A stretch of 64,000 bases of DNA, taken from NCBI GenBank assembly GCA_951406725.2, contig OX597817.1, positions 130,944,001-131,008,000 of the forward strand, read 5' to 3'. Below the pieces are notes generated by a model. It did not search any database. It was given only the letters and a program-made list of their open reading frames with translations, and was not told where the DNA came from. Below, piece after piece: positions 1 through 13,798 of this stretch. Each line of letters starts with the position of its first letter. The first letter of the stretch is position 1. This stretch comes from Octopus vulgaris (Eukaryota). Position numbers and translations under genes: made by a program.

Positions 1-2846
1 TACAGAAGGGTGAGAGTGGACATTCTTGACGAACAGAGCGCTTGATATAGAATGGTATTGAGAAGAAACCGTTCACCCGAATGATCGAATCAATGTTACT
101 GTACAAAGAAATGATTCAACCATGAAAGGTTGGGCCCTGACCGACTGCAGCAAGAACCGTCACCAGATACAGACCGTCGACCCTGTCGAATGCGTTAGTC
201 TGGTCTAAATGTACAAGCGCCCCACCATTGTCAGGAACCCTATTAACCCACACTAAGGTATAACGTATAAGATGGAGATTGTCGTGTATGGATCGGCTCG
301 GGACGGAACAGGTTTGTGCCTCCCCTACCAATCCACCCACGAACCGCACCAATCTTTTCGCTAATACCTTGGCCAGAATATTCAGCTCTACGTTAAGCAG
401 AGTGATGGGCTGGAAGTTATCTATTATATCCCATTTGTTTGGGTCTTTTCTTAGTAGTTTCACTACTCCCCGGCTCACAGATCTGGGGATACACCCATTC
501 TGTTGCCAGTTATTAAAAACACATGCCAGTAGGTGCCCAAACAAGTCTGGCATACATTTGTAAAATTGGTAGAGAAGACCATCAAGTCTCGGCAACTTGT
601 CCCCACAACAATCCGACAAGGCACCCTCTACTTCCGCATCTGTGATCGGTCTTTCACAACATTCCGTTTCTGTCTCGAGAGATGCAACAAACCAGCAAGG
701 AAGTCTGTAGGATCCACCCTGCACTCCGGCCATCTCCCCTCCCAAAAACCGGCCAAAATGTTCGTGAAAAACCTTGCAATCATCTTGGGTTCGTTCACCA
801 CTTGCCCTTGGCTGTTCGTCATAGACCTTATCATGGCATCGTTGCCATGTTGAGCTTCTACCGCACAGGGCCGTCTTGCCGCGCAGATCCCCTCTCGACC
901 CATTGCACATAGCTTAGCCCTGACAATGTATCCTTCATATTTTAGCCTCGAGGTTTTAGTTGAGAGCCAATCTCAACACTCGAGATGCACTGCCACTTTC
1001 CAGTACCTCTTTTAAAGCCTTGACTTATTCTTTCTAGCTGCTAGTTCTCCATCTAATTGACTCAATATTAATGGCTCTTTTGAGGGCTCTCCACCATTTG
1101 TTGTTAATAATGGTGCCTTTCAGAGCCCTCTTTACTAACTCACTAATCTGGTTCCTGTACTCCTCTTCGGTCAAAAGAGAACTATTGAGTTTCAAGTAAC
1201 GGGAACCTTGTTTACATAACCTATCTTAGACAAGCGTACAAGACACAAGTTTGTGGTCACTGTAGGTGACATAATGAAACTGTGGACAACTAACCATGTT
1301 CTTATCCTTAGGTCTAACTAAAGTCCTCTCTAGATAAGATCTAGAAGACCCGTTGCTATTCCTCCAGGTCCACGCTGGAGCATTCGGAAATTCTATTCTG
1401 TATCGGTCTGCCAGCAGAAAGCGACTAAACAGATCGGTTTCCCCTTCTATTTGGATTCAAGCCAACACAATCTATGCGTGCATCACAGATTGTGTTAATA
1501 TTACTAAAGTGTGCGACGTACCTAAGAAATTCTCTAGGCTTCTAAAAAATCAGATTTCCAGCTCCACAGGGGACATAGACACCAACCAACCTGAAAGTCT
1601 TACTCTGCTGACTGTCACATCAAGAACGACCAGCCTGCCTTACAGGTCGATAAATATTGTTGTCTCAGAAACCAGGATTTCTCATAGCCACTCAGGAGGG
1701 AGGGCCGTGACCTACTCAACCTGGCTTCCATGGCCACTACCACATTCAGTCTATGTAACCGAAGATCATTTAGGAAGCGACCTTGCTTCCAATCTGATTC
1801 CAGGCCACGCACATTTAAGCAACATATCGTAAGTGTATCCATAAAATGGCTTACCTTATATTGGAGAAAGGATTATACTCCCTTCTATTCTGTATCTTGC
1901 ATGGATCGTTTTTCCTTTGATTGACTAGGCCATCATACATTGACACAGTAAAGTCCTTTCTTAGAGGGCCCAAGTCACTGGGGAATTGTTCTTTCTTTTG
2001 GCCACTTCCTTCCTTTTTACCACAGTGCAGTCGTCAATCATTACCTCGTTCCCGGATGGTTAGGTGTCGACTTCCTGTGGCTGATTTTCTTCCTGTAATT
2101 TGGGCTCAACCGTCTTGGTTGTTGCTTCTATTGCTTCTTCGGCCTGGTGGGTAGGACAATTGGCTCGAATGTGGCCATTTTTGCCAAACTCGAAGCATTG
2201 AGGTCTCCTACACTCAATCATTATAGGAAGCGTTGTCTTTTCCCCGAGGATAATGTTTTCCACACACTCCTCAAGTGTTTGTGGTGTGGCTTCAACAATA
2301 ATTTCAAGAACTTGTCCCTTCCAATTCTGTTGTTGTATATTTGATGCTTCTAAAATGGTTATTTTATCTTCTAAACCCATTGTAAGGGCCGCATATAACC
2401 AAATAACATCGATTTCAGGTGGAATATCTTCTATGATGATTCTTTTCTACTCTAGGCACAAGGCCTGAAATGTTTCGGGAAGGGTCCAGTCGATTAGATC
2501 GACTCCGAAAGGATGAACGGTAAAGTCGATCTCGGAATTTGAAACTCAGAACGTAATGACAGATGAAACACCTCTAAGCATTTCACTCGGGGTGCTAACG
2601 ATTCTGCCAGATCGCCGCCTTCTATGGTGACTCGTGAAGTGTGTCTGCCTAGGTATGTAGATAGCAGTACTATATCTGTGGTTTGAGCAGTTTTACTGAG
2701 TGTACCTTTGCCTTTTCTTCACTCTTGAAGTACACAAAAATCTTTTGCAAATCTTCTTCTTGTGATTAATTCAATGTCTTACCAAATAGACTGTAGGCAC
2801 TTTTCTACTTGCTCCTTCGACACCTTGTCAAGCTCAATATGAGGAT
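1..2846 (-). mobile_element. L1/Tx1-clade LINE, decayed, 5'-deleted copy (partial ORF1 with CCHC knuckle, APE endonuclease, RT)
   Basis: Contains TICCLNVRGL (APE start), QPITLLNVELNILAKVLAKRL and AFDRVD (RT), and CFEFGKNGHIRANC. Frameshifted. Near-identical to 56960-59752. Confidence 0.9.
2440..2618 (-). mobile_element. Paralogous copy of the same SINE insertion in LINE ORF1
   Basis: Same sequence, same insertion site and same TSD (one mismatch) as 59354-59532. Confidence 0.8.
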
Positions 2847-3296
2847 GGTTTACTGTCCAAATTCCATCTATATGAAATAGAAAATTACCAGTCAAAAGAT
2901 TGTCAAAAGTAGCATGTAAAAGTTTGGTTGTGTTAATTTTTGGTTGACACAAAACGCTACAATACATATATACAGTGTTTGGTAACAAGAACATGTTAAG
3001 GACATCAAAAGTTTAACAAGTTCATTAAAATATTGGGCACAAAAGATTACAGCATAAATATACTTTCTCAAGAAAATGTTAAAGATAGTTTCCAGAAGGA
3101 ATTATTAAAAAGTTCAGTGGAATATTGGTATACACGCACAGAATATTATGAGTTCAAAAAGGTTTACATTATAGTAGTAGGGAAGCTCAAACTGACCTGG
3201 TACACCATGTTATCGTAAAAGACTATTTTCTATTTCAAAGGCCACTGTAGGTGTGTTTGGATGGGGGGAAGGAAGAGTAATGTGAAACTGAAAAGA

Positions 3297-3770
3297 GCAC
3301 AGTATGTATCACTCCGCTATGCAAATACAGTTTGTAAACATGCTAAGTAAATAAACATGTAGAATCATAATAACGCTTTCAGTGAGTTGTTTATTATCCC
3401 AACACGAACCAAAATAATGCATAGCATGGTGGCAGCGATAAATATTTAATCGAAATTCGTGCCTTTACAACAAAAGAGGAACACAACAAACATGAAATTT
3501 AACAAACTGAATATCACTCCGTCTTCGGAAACACACACGAGGATCTGAAATGGCAACCCTCGTCACTGTAAAGATGAATCTGCATCCGACCATGAATTGG
3601 AACGCCGATGGTATCGTGGAAGCGTTCAAGAAATTCAAACAGAAAACTCAACTGGCTTTCAAAAGCTTCCTTTAATGTACAACTGCCGATGAAAAGGTAA
3701 GCTATATCATTTTATGGAGAGAAGAGCCTAGACCTATTCAATAGTTGGGACATATCAGAATCGTATTTCT
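3297..3770 (+). mobile_element. Truncated paralog of the Gypsy LTR/PBS/gag fragment
   Basis: Matches 63378-63850. PBS at 3427-3437. Ends in a 17-bp tandem duplication followed by (CA)n. Confidence 0.75.
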
Positions 3771-3825
3771 GGATTAATCCAATTTCTGGATTAATCCGAA
3801 AAGGATTCTTCCTTCATCAACGAGG

Positions 3826-3902
<77 letters not shown>

Positions 3903-5155
3903 GACAGTATACATGAATGTATAGATAGATAACTTGATGGATTTGTGTGAATGCATACGTACTTGGGTTTCTGCTAAGATTTCAACTGAGATTTAGAATT
4001 GTCAAAAAAATTGAAACGAAATAGTGAGTCACCATTTGAATGAATGTTTCATTGTGCAAGAAATAGGATTTAAGTAATTAACTGTGTATATGTGTATATA
4101 TGCATATAAATATGAGTATTTGATTCTGTATTTGTGAATGTATATAATTCTATATGTAAATAATGTAGTTGTGCGTATATGCAGGTGTGTATGTCGGACT
4201 TGCTGTATTTATTTTGACTTGAATAATATTTTTAATATGGCCGTTCTTTTGTGTGATATACAAAAGAAATTTGAAAAGAGTTGTTGTTTGTGACCGAGAT
4301 AGAAATTTAAGGACATTTAAGGTGTGTTGTTATACATGAATGCATATTTGTAACAAAATAGAATATCAGATCCGGGTTTTCTTTCGTGAGAAATTTTACC
4401 AGATATACATACATACATACATATTTTTATGCATATATAAATATATATCGTGGTTTCGATTCCCGGATCGGGTGCTATGTGGTGTTCTTGAGCAAAAATG
4501 CTTCATTTTGCGTTGTTCTGCAATTATATCGTCCTGTGGTATGTGACACATCGTTCACCTGTAAAGGTAATGTAGATTCGATTGAGGGAGTGAGTTTAAC
4601 TGAACACAAATATTTGATCACTATAAACATATCATCTGTATGGTTGTTCACCAAGAAATTGCAGAAGCTTTATACGAAGTCTAACGAGGGGCGAGTCCAT
4701 GTTGATATATATACGCACATGTAAGAGTTTGGATACAAATATTTCTTGAGCCGTATGACTCATCAGACCAATCTCCTGTTTCCTTGGCACACAAATGACT
4801 AAGGACATAACATAACCCTAAATGTCATTCTGTTCCGTTGTAGGGTTTAAATCCAGCAATTTTGAGGGAAGTGTACAAGATTCTTGCCTCAAACTTTGCA
4901 CTTGACTGGTAATACGTTTTATCGGCACAAAAAATAAAATTGAAAGTCAACCGTGAGAAGATTTGATCTCAGAACGTAAAGGGTTTGGGGAAAATACTAT
5001 GAAACATTTTACCAGCATTTTAATTTTTTCAGTTTACCGAACTTGGATACAGGAGATTTTTACAACCTTCGACGTCAAGTAACCACTATTGTTCCACTAT
5101 TGCTCGAAGCTTACTATTTTCCTACACCTTGATCCTTGGATCTTACATATTACGG

Positions 5156-5194
<39 letters not shown>

Positions 5195-5788
5195 ATATGT
5201 ATGTATATATTCCAACAGAACATCTGATGAAACCTGGAAAGTTGTAATAACAACAGAAAAGTTGAGGACACCTATCCGTCCATTGTAAATAATTTTCTTC
5301 TCTAATATTTAACTTTATATGTAAAGCGGCAACGTAACTTAACTTAGATGAGAGAGAGAGAGGGAGAGAGAGAGAGAGAGAGAATTAGCGAGAGAGAGAT
5401 GGAGATATAAAGAGAGAGTTGTAGAATATTGTATATATATATAGAGAGAATGACAGAGATATAATTAAGCCAACAGAAAGGGAGAGGGAGAAAGATAGAA
5501 TAAGAGAGAGAAAGGGAGAGAATAAAACATGCATAATTTTAGTATACCTGTAATAAAACACCTGTATCTTTCTGATCAGTCTGTGTTTCTTTTCTTTTTA
5601 CCCTTTCTCATTCACTGTCTCTTCCAGCAAAGAAAAACATCGTGAAAGACATCCCAGATACTAGAAATAACAGCAGAACCACGCCTAAGCGTAGCAGAAA
5701 GAATTCCACAGATAAAAGAACGAAACAAAGAGTTACAGTGTGACAGTGTGTATAATGCTTATATATAGAAAATATACTAAAACATACG

Positions 5789-5846
<58 letters not shown>

Positions 5847-5943
5847 AACATATATATATACAAACATATATATATATATGTGTGAGTGTGTGTGTGCTTA
5901 GAATGACAAATTTATGAGTGAATATACCTATACCTACGTATGC

Positions 5944-5976
<33 letters not shown>

Positions 5977-6384
5977 TGTATGTATGTGTGTGCATACGTA
6001 TGCGCAAGACCCTGCCTCAGTAAAGAGTCATCTTCGTCGTCATAAAACGAGACCGATGATTGACTACCAGGCCGCTGGTGGTGGTGTTACACACCATACT
6101 AATAATATCTGTAAGGCATGGGGAAGGGAATGCGATTCGGCGGGAGGACTTATACGACATGCAAAGGTATAAGAAACCCAGTTACAACTACAGCTAGCTG
6201 TTGCCAGTAAAGGTTTTAGCAGCCAATTCTGTACAAGACATTGTAGATCTTTAGCTGGTCTAAAAATTCATATTCAATCACCGCACCGTTAACAGGTAAG
6301 CCTCGTACAATGGCCATACTGGTGTAATGTGTTTTGAATGGCACAACAACTATGGACTATAATGTTATATTTTAATCACCCATA

Positions 6385-6429
6385 ATCTGATATAATATTT
6401 CGGAACATAAAAATTCCTTCTTCAGAAAT
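6385..6429 (-). ncRNA. Type I hammerhead ribozyme motif (minus arm of palindrome 6351-6621)
   Basis: attt-CTGAAGA-a-ggaa...ttcc-GAAA-tattata-TC-agat: conserved core, stems I-III and an AUC triplet. Confidence 0.6.
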
Positions 6430-6538
6430 CCATAGGAAATGATCGAGTCATTGCTATAATCGATTTTCCAAACGTAAAAAAAACTTTTTTAAACTTTTGG
6501 AAAATCGATTATAGCAGTGACTCGATCAATTTCTAGGG

Positions 6539-6584
6539 ATATCTGAAGAAGAAATTTTTATATTCCGAAATATTATATCAGAAT
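6539..6584 (+). ncRNA. Hammerhead motif, degenerate (plus arm of the same palindrome)
   Basis: CTGAAGA...ttccGAAAtattataTC; stems I and II are mismatched. Confidence 0.4.
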
Positions 6585-7235
6585 ATGGATGATTAAATTA
6601 TAACAGTTATTATAGTCCATAATATTTCCTACTGATGATTAGAAAGGGTATTTAAAAACTCAAACACTGAAATCTATAGATTTAGGACTAGCCAAGTTAT
6701 TTTATAAATCTTTGCTGTCTATTTTTCCACGCTTTGTGTAATGGAGCAATAATCTAAGTAGTTCATAGACCATTTGGGTTCTATCACTAGCAGACAGCAC
6801 CCTTATTATAATTTTAAAAACATACATATATACATTTCAATATATTACTAGGGCACTCCGTCCATTAAGACGACAAGGGTTTCAATTATTGAGATCAACG
6901 GAACAGCCTGCTCGTGAAATTAACGTGCAGGTGGCTGAGCACTCCACAGACACATGTACCCTTAACGTAGTTCTTGGGGAGATTCAGCGTGACACAGAGT
7001 GTGACAAGGCTGGCCCTTTGAAATACAGGTACAACAGAAACAGGAAGAAAGTGTGTGAGAATGTTGTGGTGAAAGAGTACAGTAGGGTTCAACAAATCCC
7101 CCTGGCGGATCCTCGTGTAGCTTTAGGTGTTTTTGCTCAATAAACACTGACAACGCCTGGTCTGGGAATCGAAACTGCAATCCTATGACTGTGAGACCAA
7201 TGCCATAACCACAGGTCTGTTGCGCTTCTACATAT

Positions 7236-7334
<99 letters not shown>

Positions 7335-7594
7335 ATACAAACATGAAAACACAACGACAAAACAGAAAAATGTGAGGACGTGGAACAAGTATAATGTTAC
7401 TGGACGCTCAGGAAAGGAAAGAAAGAAGGAGGATTAACGTTTCGAGAGGAGCACTTCGTCAGGAACATAGGAAAAGGAAAGATCCGAGGAAGGGAAGACG
7501 GAGGAAAAATCGCCAACGATACACAGACCGTCACGTACATACACACACGTATATGTGTATATATTTATACATATACATATACACATATATACAT

Positions 7595-7676
<82 letters not shown>

Positions 7677-7967
7677 ACTATACACACACATTTATATATG
7701 CCTAAAAGTGAGTGAGTGTTTGCTTGTGTTTGCTTGTCTTGACAAAGCGTAATATTTGTAAATGAGTGACTCTGCCATACCAGCAGTGTCATTTATTCCA
7801 ATATTCTTCAAAAACACAAGGAATATTACCTTGCATGGAAACAGGTGTAGTTTGGTGACAGGAAGGATAAAAGTCATGAAAAATCCACCTCAAACCTTAC
7901 CCAACCCTCACAAACATGAACAAGCAAACATTAAAACAATGTTGTGATGAAAACCTAAAAATTTCAC

Positions 7968-8270
7968 ATAGGCGTAGGAGTGGCTGTGTTGCTAGCTTAG
8001 CAACCACATGGTTCCGGGTTCAGTCCCACTGCGTGGCACCTTGTGGAAGTGTCTTTTGCTATAGCGTCGGGCTGACCAAAGACTTGTGAGTGGATTTGGT
8101 AGACGGAAACTGAAAGAATCCCGTCGTATATATGTATATATATGTATGTGTGTGTGTATGCTTGTGTGTCTGTGTATGTCCCCCAACATCGCTTGACAAC
8201 CTATACTAGTGTATTTACGTCCCCGTAACTTAGCGGTTCGGCAAAAGAGACCGATAGAATAAGTACTAGG
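7968..8270 (+). mobile_element. tRNA-derived SINE
   Basis: Head ggcgtaggagtggctgtg...ggttccgggttcagtcccactgcgtggcacc with an internal TG/TA run. Same family as 16641-17126 and 52190-52565. Confidence 0.75.
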
Positions 8271-8720
8271 CCTGTTGATGGAATGGTTCTGCCGACGGAG
8301 AATAATGAGATTTTGTATCACAGGAATGAAAACTACGCATGTTCGGAGACACATGCTTAGTGCAAGCAACGTCCATTAGCAGAATACTACAGCAAGTGGA
8401 GGAAACAGAGCTGGACCATCCACTCTCTATAGGCGAGGTCAAGGCAGTAATTGCTAAGCTGAGAACCCTCAAGAGTGTGGTGGTAGTGGTCATTCAGCTG
8501 AGGTATACAAGCATGGCTGGGGTTGACTTCTTCAGAAGGTCACTGACCACTTCACATTGTAGAGGGAGAGAGGGGAAATTCTAAGTGATCTTTGCAATAC
8601 CGATATAATGTCTTTGCATAAGTAATAACAGGACTACAACTACGGAGGCATCATGCTGCTTTCAATTATAGACAAGTTACTGGTGTGTATTTCTTTTAGA
8701 AAGAGGCATTGCGACATTGC
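8270..8720 (+). mobile_element. RTE-like LINE fragment
   Basis: LDHPLSIGEVKAVIAKL...; downstream degenerate NYRGI-like motif. Confidence 0.5.
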
Positions 8721-8789
8721 TGATATGTTTTTATGTGTGTATAATGTTTAATCTTTAATTTTAAAATTGCTTCAGCTTCAGAGCTACGG

Positions 8790-9360
8790 TCATGCTGGGG
8801 CACCAACGTTGACTGTGTTACACTATTATCTGAACCATCCTTTGATATGTAGCATTTGGTAAATGAGGGAGTTTAATGCCACTGCCCTCATCTGTGTTTC
8901 CGGCCGTGAGGTAGGCTCATCTGGAAGTCTTGAAGGAGGAGATCCGGTTTTGTTTGGAAGACACCTACATCCATACCATGCACGTCCCTCAGGTATTTTG
9001 GAAGGATATTGAAGAGCTGTGGGCCCTTGAAATCCACGCTATTGCAGCATCTAGTCCTGTATTTTGATAGAAATTCTGGGATCATTAGCACTATGCAGTG
9101 GCGCCCCGTTCTGCTGTTTGTGTAACTTTGAATGCCAAAGTTTGGTACAAGGCCTTCCGGGATATTCCAGATGTATATCACTGCATATCTTTCCCGCCTT
9201 CATTCTAGAGAAAAGAGTTCTAATTCTTTCAGTGTTTCCCAGTAGCTGATACGTTGTATTGAGTTGATTCTCTTTGGATTGCTTCGAGTTCTGCCGTTAA
9301 TTTTATATTGTGTGATGACCATAGTAGGGAGTAGTAGTCCAAGCGGCTGAGTAGCCATTC
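8790..9360 (-). mobile_element. CR1/L2-group LINE 3' fragment
   Basis: IYIWNI..LVPN...GPQLFNILP; homologous to 14500-15100. Confidence 0.75.
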
Positions 9361-10464
9361 TTGCTAGCTATGTAGATGACACAAAAGTATAATTTATCGT
9401 AGTTAATTCTAAATTTTAGGTTTAGAGTGAAATATATTATAGCGTATAGTGATTCTATTCTCTATTAGTGACTTTGTTCTCTTTATCTATTAAAGCTAAA
9501 ATGTATTCGTTTTCATTGATAAATGTATATTTCCATCTGTTTGTTCTATCTCTGTTAGTAACGTAATTCCACGAGTTTTCTTATAAACGCTCAAAAAGAC
9601 GTTTTCCGATTTGAAATTTTAGTTAATGACACGCTTTTTGAGAGATAAGTAAACTTTTTTTTATTTAATAAATATTATTGTATTCTATATAATTATTGAT
9701 TGTTAAATTTGAATTTATATTTTTCCTAGTTATTAATAATAATTTAGATTTGTACATTTATTTAATTATTATTAGTATATAATTACCATAACTAAACGTA
9801 GATTTTAAGATATTAGTTAGTCACTTTGCGATATTGATCGTAAAAATGTTTTTGATAATAGTGATGATAATAGTAATAATAAATATGTTACAAAGATAGG
9901 TTATACGTTTTTAATTTGAATTTTTTAATTCTTAAATTGTATTTCATAAATATATTCTATAGATATCTATAATATTTATGTAAGTATTAATGAACTAATT
10001 TATTTTTGGTTATATGTTTATACATTTATTGATAGAGAAAAATTTAGATTTTAATTACAATATTTGTTGATTATAATTTGGATACATATTTTTATGTATT
10101 TATTATTTTATAATTATTATATGCGAACTAAAATCTAAAAATATTAATAGTGATTATTTTCTTAAATAATTTGGTAATTAAATATTGGAGTATAACTGAG
10201 TTAAAGATATTCGATAGTTTATTAATGATTTTTAAGCCAAATTATATCTTCACAGATAAATACATATTTCTCTATTTTTTTTACCTTAAAGATTAAATAT
10301 TTTTTTACCTTAACTATTAAATATTTTACATAATAAATAATCCTATATTTTAAGTTTCAAATTTAGTTAATAGAGTTTTTTCTATAAGAAAAATTATTAT
10401 TTTATTTATTTTAAAAATAAATATTGTTTCACTCTATTTGCTTATTTATTTAACTATTATCTTT

Positions 10465-10564
10465 AACCTGAAGATTGACTATAATTTTAAACTGAATTTA
10501 TTTCAATTGAATGTAAATTTAATTGTAATTCGAATTTAATTGTAGCCATGAAGCGTATGTAGTT
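10465..10564 (+). ncRNA. Degenerate hammerhead motif with long stem II
   Basis: aac-CTGAAGA-ttgactataatt...aattgtagccat-GAAG-cgtatg-TA-gtt. The core GAAA has changed to GAAG. Confidence 0.4.
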
Positions 10565-10711
10565 TTTTTACTTGTTATATATTGATTATTCATTTTTATA
10601 CTTTTTGAGATCTAGTTATATGTTTTTTAAAATTATATTTCATTTGTTGTTTATGTGTGGGTTTATGTCTATCACTGTTTAAGTTGCATAATAGTGGTTT
10701 TATCTCTAATT

Positions 10712-10782
<71 letters not shown>

Positions 10783-11539
10783 GATTAAAATCAAGATAAG
10801 GAACAAGGATATCCGAGGTAATGCAGTACGAGTGTTTCAAGTAACACCAGTTAATTGAACAATGCAATCATTACATCAATTTAAATGCAGAACAATCCTC
10901 AGCTGCATAAATATGGACATATTAGTATAATTTTACCTAAAATCCCCAAGAAGGTAAGGGGGTAGACAAAGAATATGCTGTCTTGACTTCAGCTTAGAAG
11001 CTACTAATGTATCAGGAAGAAAGACTGTTTACAGATTTTGCTGTCACTGTTTAATGGGGTCAGTTTTAATTTATAGACTAGTTTATCAAATCTGTGTATA
11101 TCTGAGGCCAAAAGAACAAGGAGCACTGCCTGTGAGGATGGGGGCTGAGGGTGTTGACAGAAATCATAGTGAGTATGGTAATAGAAAACTATCATGATTT
11201 ATTTAAAACATTATAATGAAATTTGGTAAAGGAAATCTTAAATCAAGATGTTAGCTGACAATTAAAGGGGCAAGCCACTAGTAGACCATTGATGATGAAA
11301 CGGGAAATTTTATCATGTGGTACTATAGTTAAATATTTTTTACAATATTGCCATATTGTATGAAGTTAAAGTTTAGGGTTATTCAGAAGATTTTTAAGAA
11401 GATTATTATAACAAAAGTATAAAAAGTTTTTTCGAATACTTTTGAGTATATACCAAACTTTTACCACAATTGAAGGAAGAAAAGAAATTACATAGAAATA
11501 GTTCAATATCTATACATATTATTAACTAGGGATAGATGA

Positions 11540-12015
11540 ATGGGATAGATGAATGGTTACTGAGAGCTTAGTAATTAGGAAGGCAGATAAACCACAGATC
11601 CCTTCAGGTAGATGGCCCTGTTCGATCTGTTGAAAAGGCGTAGGTAGAAACTCTATAAGATATACCCAGTTTATGCTATAGACACATAATAGATGCAGCA
11701 ATATCAAAGGAAGACTGACTGGGAAGATAGTTTTTGTATGTGGCAGATGCTGTGGAGCAATAAACACTGAAAATGTGCAGAGAACAACTTCCGCCACATT
11801 CCAGGGGAAAAAACTAGAAGTAGTTGATGGCTTCCATTACCTAGGTGACCAAGTCAGTAGCGGGTGAAGGTGCGCTGAAAGTTTAGCTACTATAATAAGA
11901 ATAGCCTGGGCAAAGTTCAGAGAGCTCTTACCTCTGCTGGTGACAAAGGGCCTCTCGCTCAGAGTGACAGGTAGACTGTGCGATGAGTACGAACAGACAT
12001 GCTACGTTGCAGTAG
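11540..12015 (+). mobile_element. RTE-clade LINE fragment (post-RT region)
   Basis: KLEVVDGFHYLGDQVSSG...RIAWAKFRELLPLL. Confidence 0.65.
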
Positions 12016-13033
12016 TGATCAGGTTGCACATGCCAGTCCTTTTGACACCACCCCTCCCGTGTTTTCCCAATCCTAAAAGACAAAGGGCAAACTGAATCGT
12101 TTGGAAAAATGGGAAAGGAAACATTTAATGGAAGATTTACTCGGGCTAACGGGAGGGTGGAGCAAATACAACCAGTACTCGGTAAGAAGAGAGAGTTGTG
12201 CATCGTTGAGAGGACGGTGTGATTTTGAAGTGAAGTGACCGTGAACGAAAAAGAAAAAATTGTTAAATACGGGTGAACAGTCTTCATGAAAATATGAAAA
12301 CAAAATTGATAAGCATTCTCGGCGAAACGCGAAGAAATCTCGCCTATCGTCTCGTGCCACTAAATCGAGAAAATAAAATGAAAAATAACCTTATAACTTG
12401 GTTATTTTTGTACTTATCTGCGGAATTTTTGAACGAACCAAAATCCAAAAATTATTTCACATCAAATCCTACAGGGTGGTATAATTTTTTACAGAACAAA
12501 TGAAAGATGCCAGTAGCAAGAAAATCAAACGGTAATACGACTAAAATTGTAATTTTTTTTCACTTCATAAAATCTGTTCTTTTAAACAACATTTTCAACA
12601 AAACATTGACGAACTATTAAACAGAAGATCCTGTAGGTTATGCAAGTGTGCTTTTTATTAAAATCGCCCACAAAACACAACCTCCACAGCTTGTAGAATC
12701 AATCGCAGATGGGTTTTGTTGCCCTAGTAACCACAGTTTTTGAGATGGAGATTTCTAACGCAGTTCAGTCGCTTCTCGTGAATTGCTCGAAATGTGGAAT
12801 AGATAAGCAGCCGATAACCGATTAAAGGTCGTTCTTTAAGTTACTTGTCTTGTTTTCCATTTGTTTCCCTCGTTGTTATGACCCCATTTTCAAGAAATTA
12901 GCGAATGTTGCGGATGTGTGTGTGTATGAGCTCACACAATATGCAATCGGCAATGTTCGTTAATTTCTTGAAAATGGGGTCATAACCTCGAAATATAGAA
13001 TGCATTAATTCATATATTTGTTTTCTTGTGATT

Positions 13034-13066
<33 letters not shown>

Positions 13067-13079
13067 ATATATATATATA

Positions 13080-13125
<46 letters not shown>

Positions 13126-13455
13126 TATATATATATGTATATATATATATGTATATATATGTATATATATATATAAATTAGGGTATCTACCACCATACTG
13201 AAAATAGCAGCCATGATCTCGTAGAGACCCTAATTTATAATTTATAATTTTAATACTTATTACCTTTGAAAGTTATTTTTTCCATGCTGACCACTTGATA
13301 AAATCATTATTTTATTTTTAATTTAACGATCTTATCGTTCTTTATGTAAATTTATGTATAAACATACATACATATATGTAAGTATGTTCATATATGATTC
13401 CATGTATGCGTACACACACACACACATATATATATATACATACATACATACATAC

Positions 13456-13758
13456 GGCCCAGTGGTTAGGGCAGCGGACACGCTGTTGTAGAATCGCGGT
13501 TTCGATTCCCAAACCGGGCGTTGTGAGTGTTTATTGAGCGAAAACACTTAAAGCTCCACGTGGCTCCGGCAGGGCGGGGTGGCGAAGAGTACAGCAGGGG
13601 CTGCTGTACTCTTTCGTCACATCTTTCTCTCTTTCTTCTGTTCGTCTGCTCGCTTAGCCAGCGGGGTGGCGTCATTTGAAGGCTAAAACAATGCAAATCA
13701 CATTGTGACCAGCGATGTGCAGCAACATCTGAAAGCCTGGTCGGTCACGGTGATGACG

Positions 13759-13762
<4 letters not shown>
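13456..13762 (+). mobile_element. tRNA-derived SINE
   Basis: A/B-box-like head ggcccagtggttagggcag...ggtttcgattccc, flanked by TA repeats. Confidence 0.7.

Positions 13763-13798
<36 letters not shown>

Larger units (their letters stand above)
6351..6621. repeat. Long imperfect palindrome (~125-bp arms)
   Basis: tatggactat...atcgattttccaaa pairs with tttggaaaatcgat...atagtccata. Confidence 0.9.

Noticed and set aside
7430-7465. Minus-strand CTGACGA...GAAACGTT hammerhead-like core
   Set aside because: No stem I pairing and a weak stem II; at best a relic.
9390-10460. Extremely AT-rich stretch (also 25480-26640) as an organellar or foreign insert
   Set aside because: No recognisable mitochondrial genes. 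It is more likely a highly decayed Penelope-like sequence, but too degenerate to call.
13456-13520. tRNA gene (also other tRNA-like heads)
   Set aside because: No complete cloverleaf, and it continues into a repeated SINE body.
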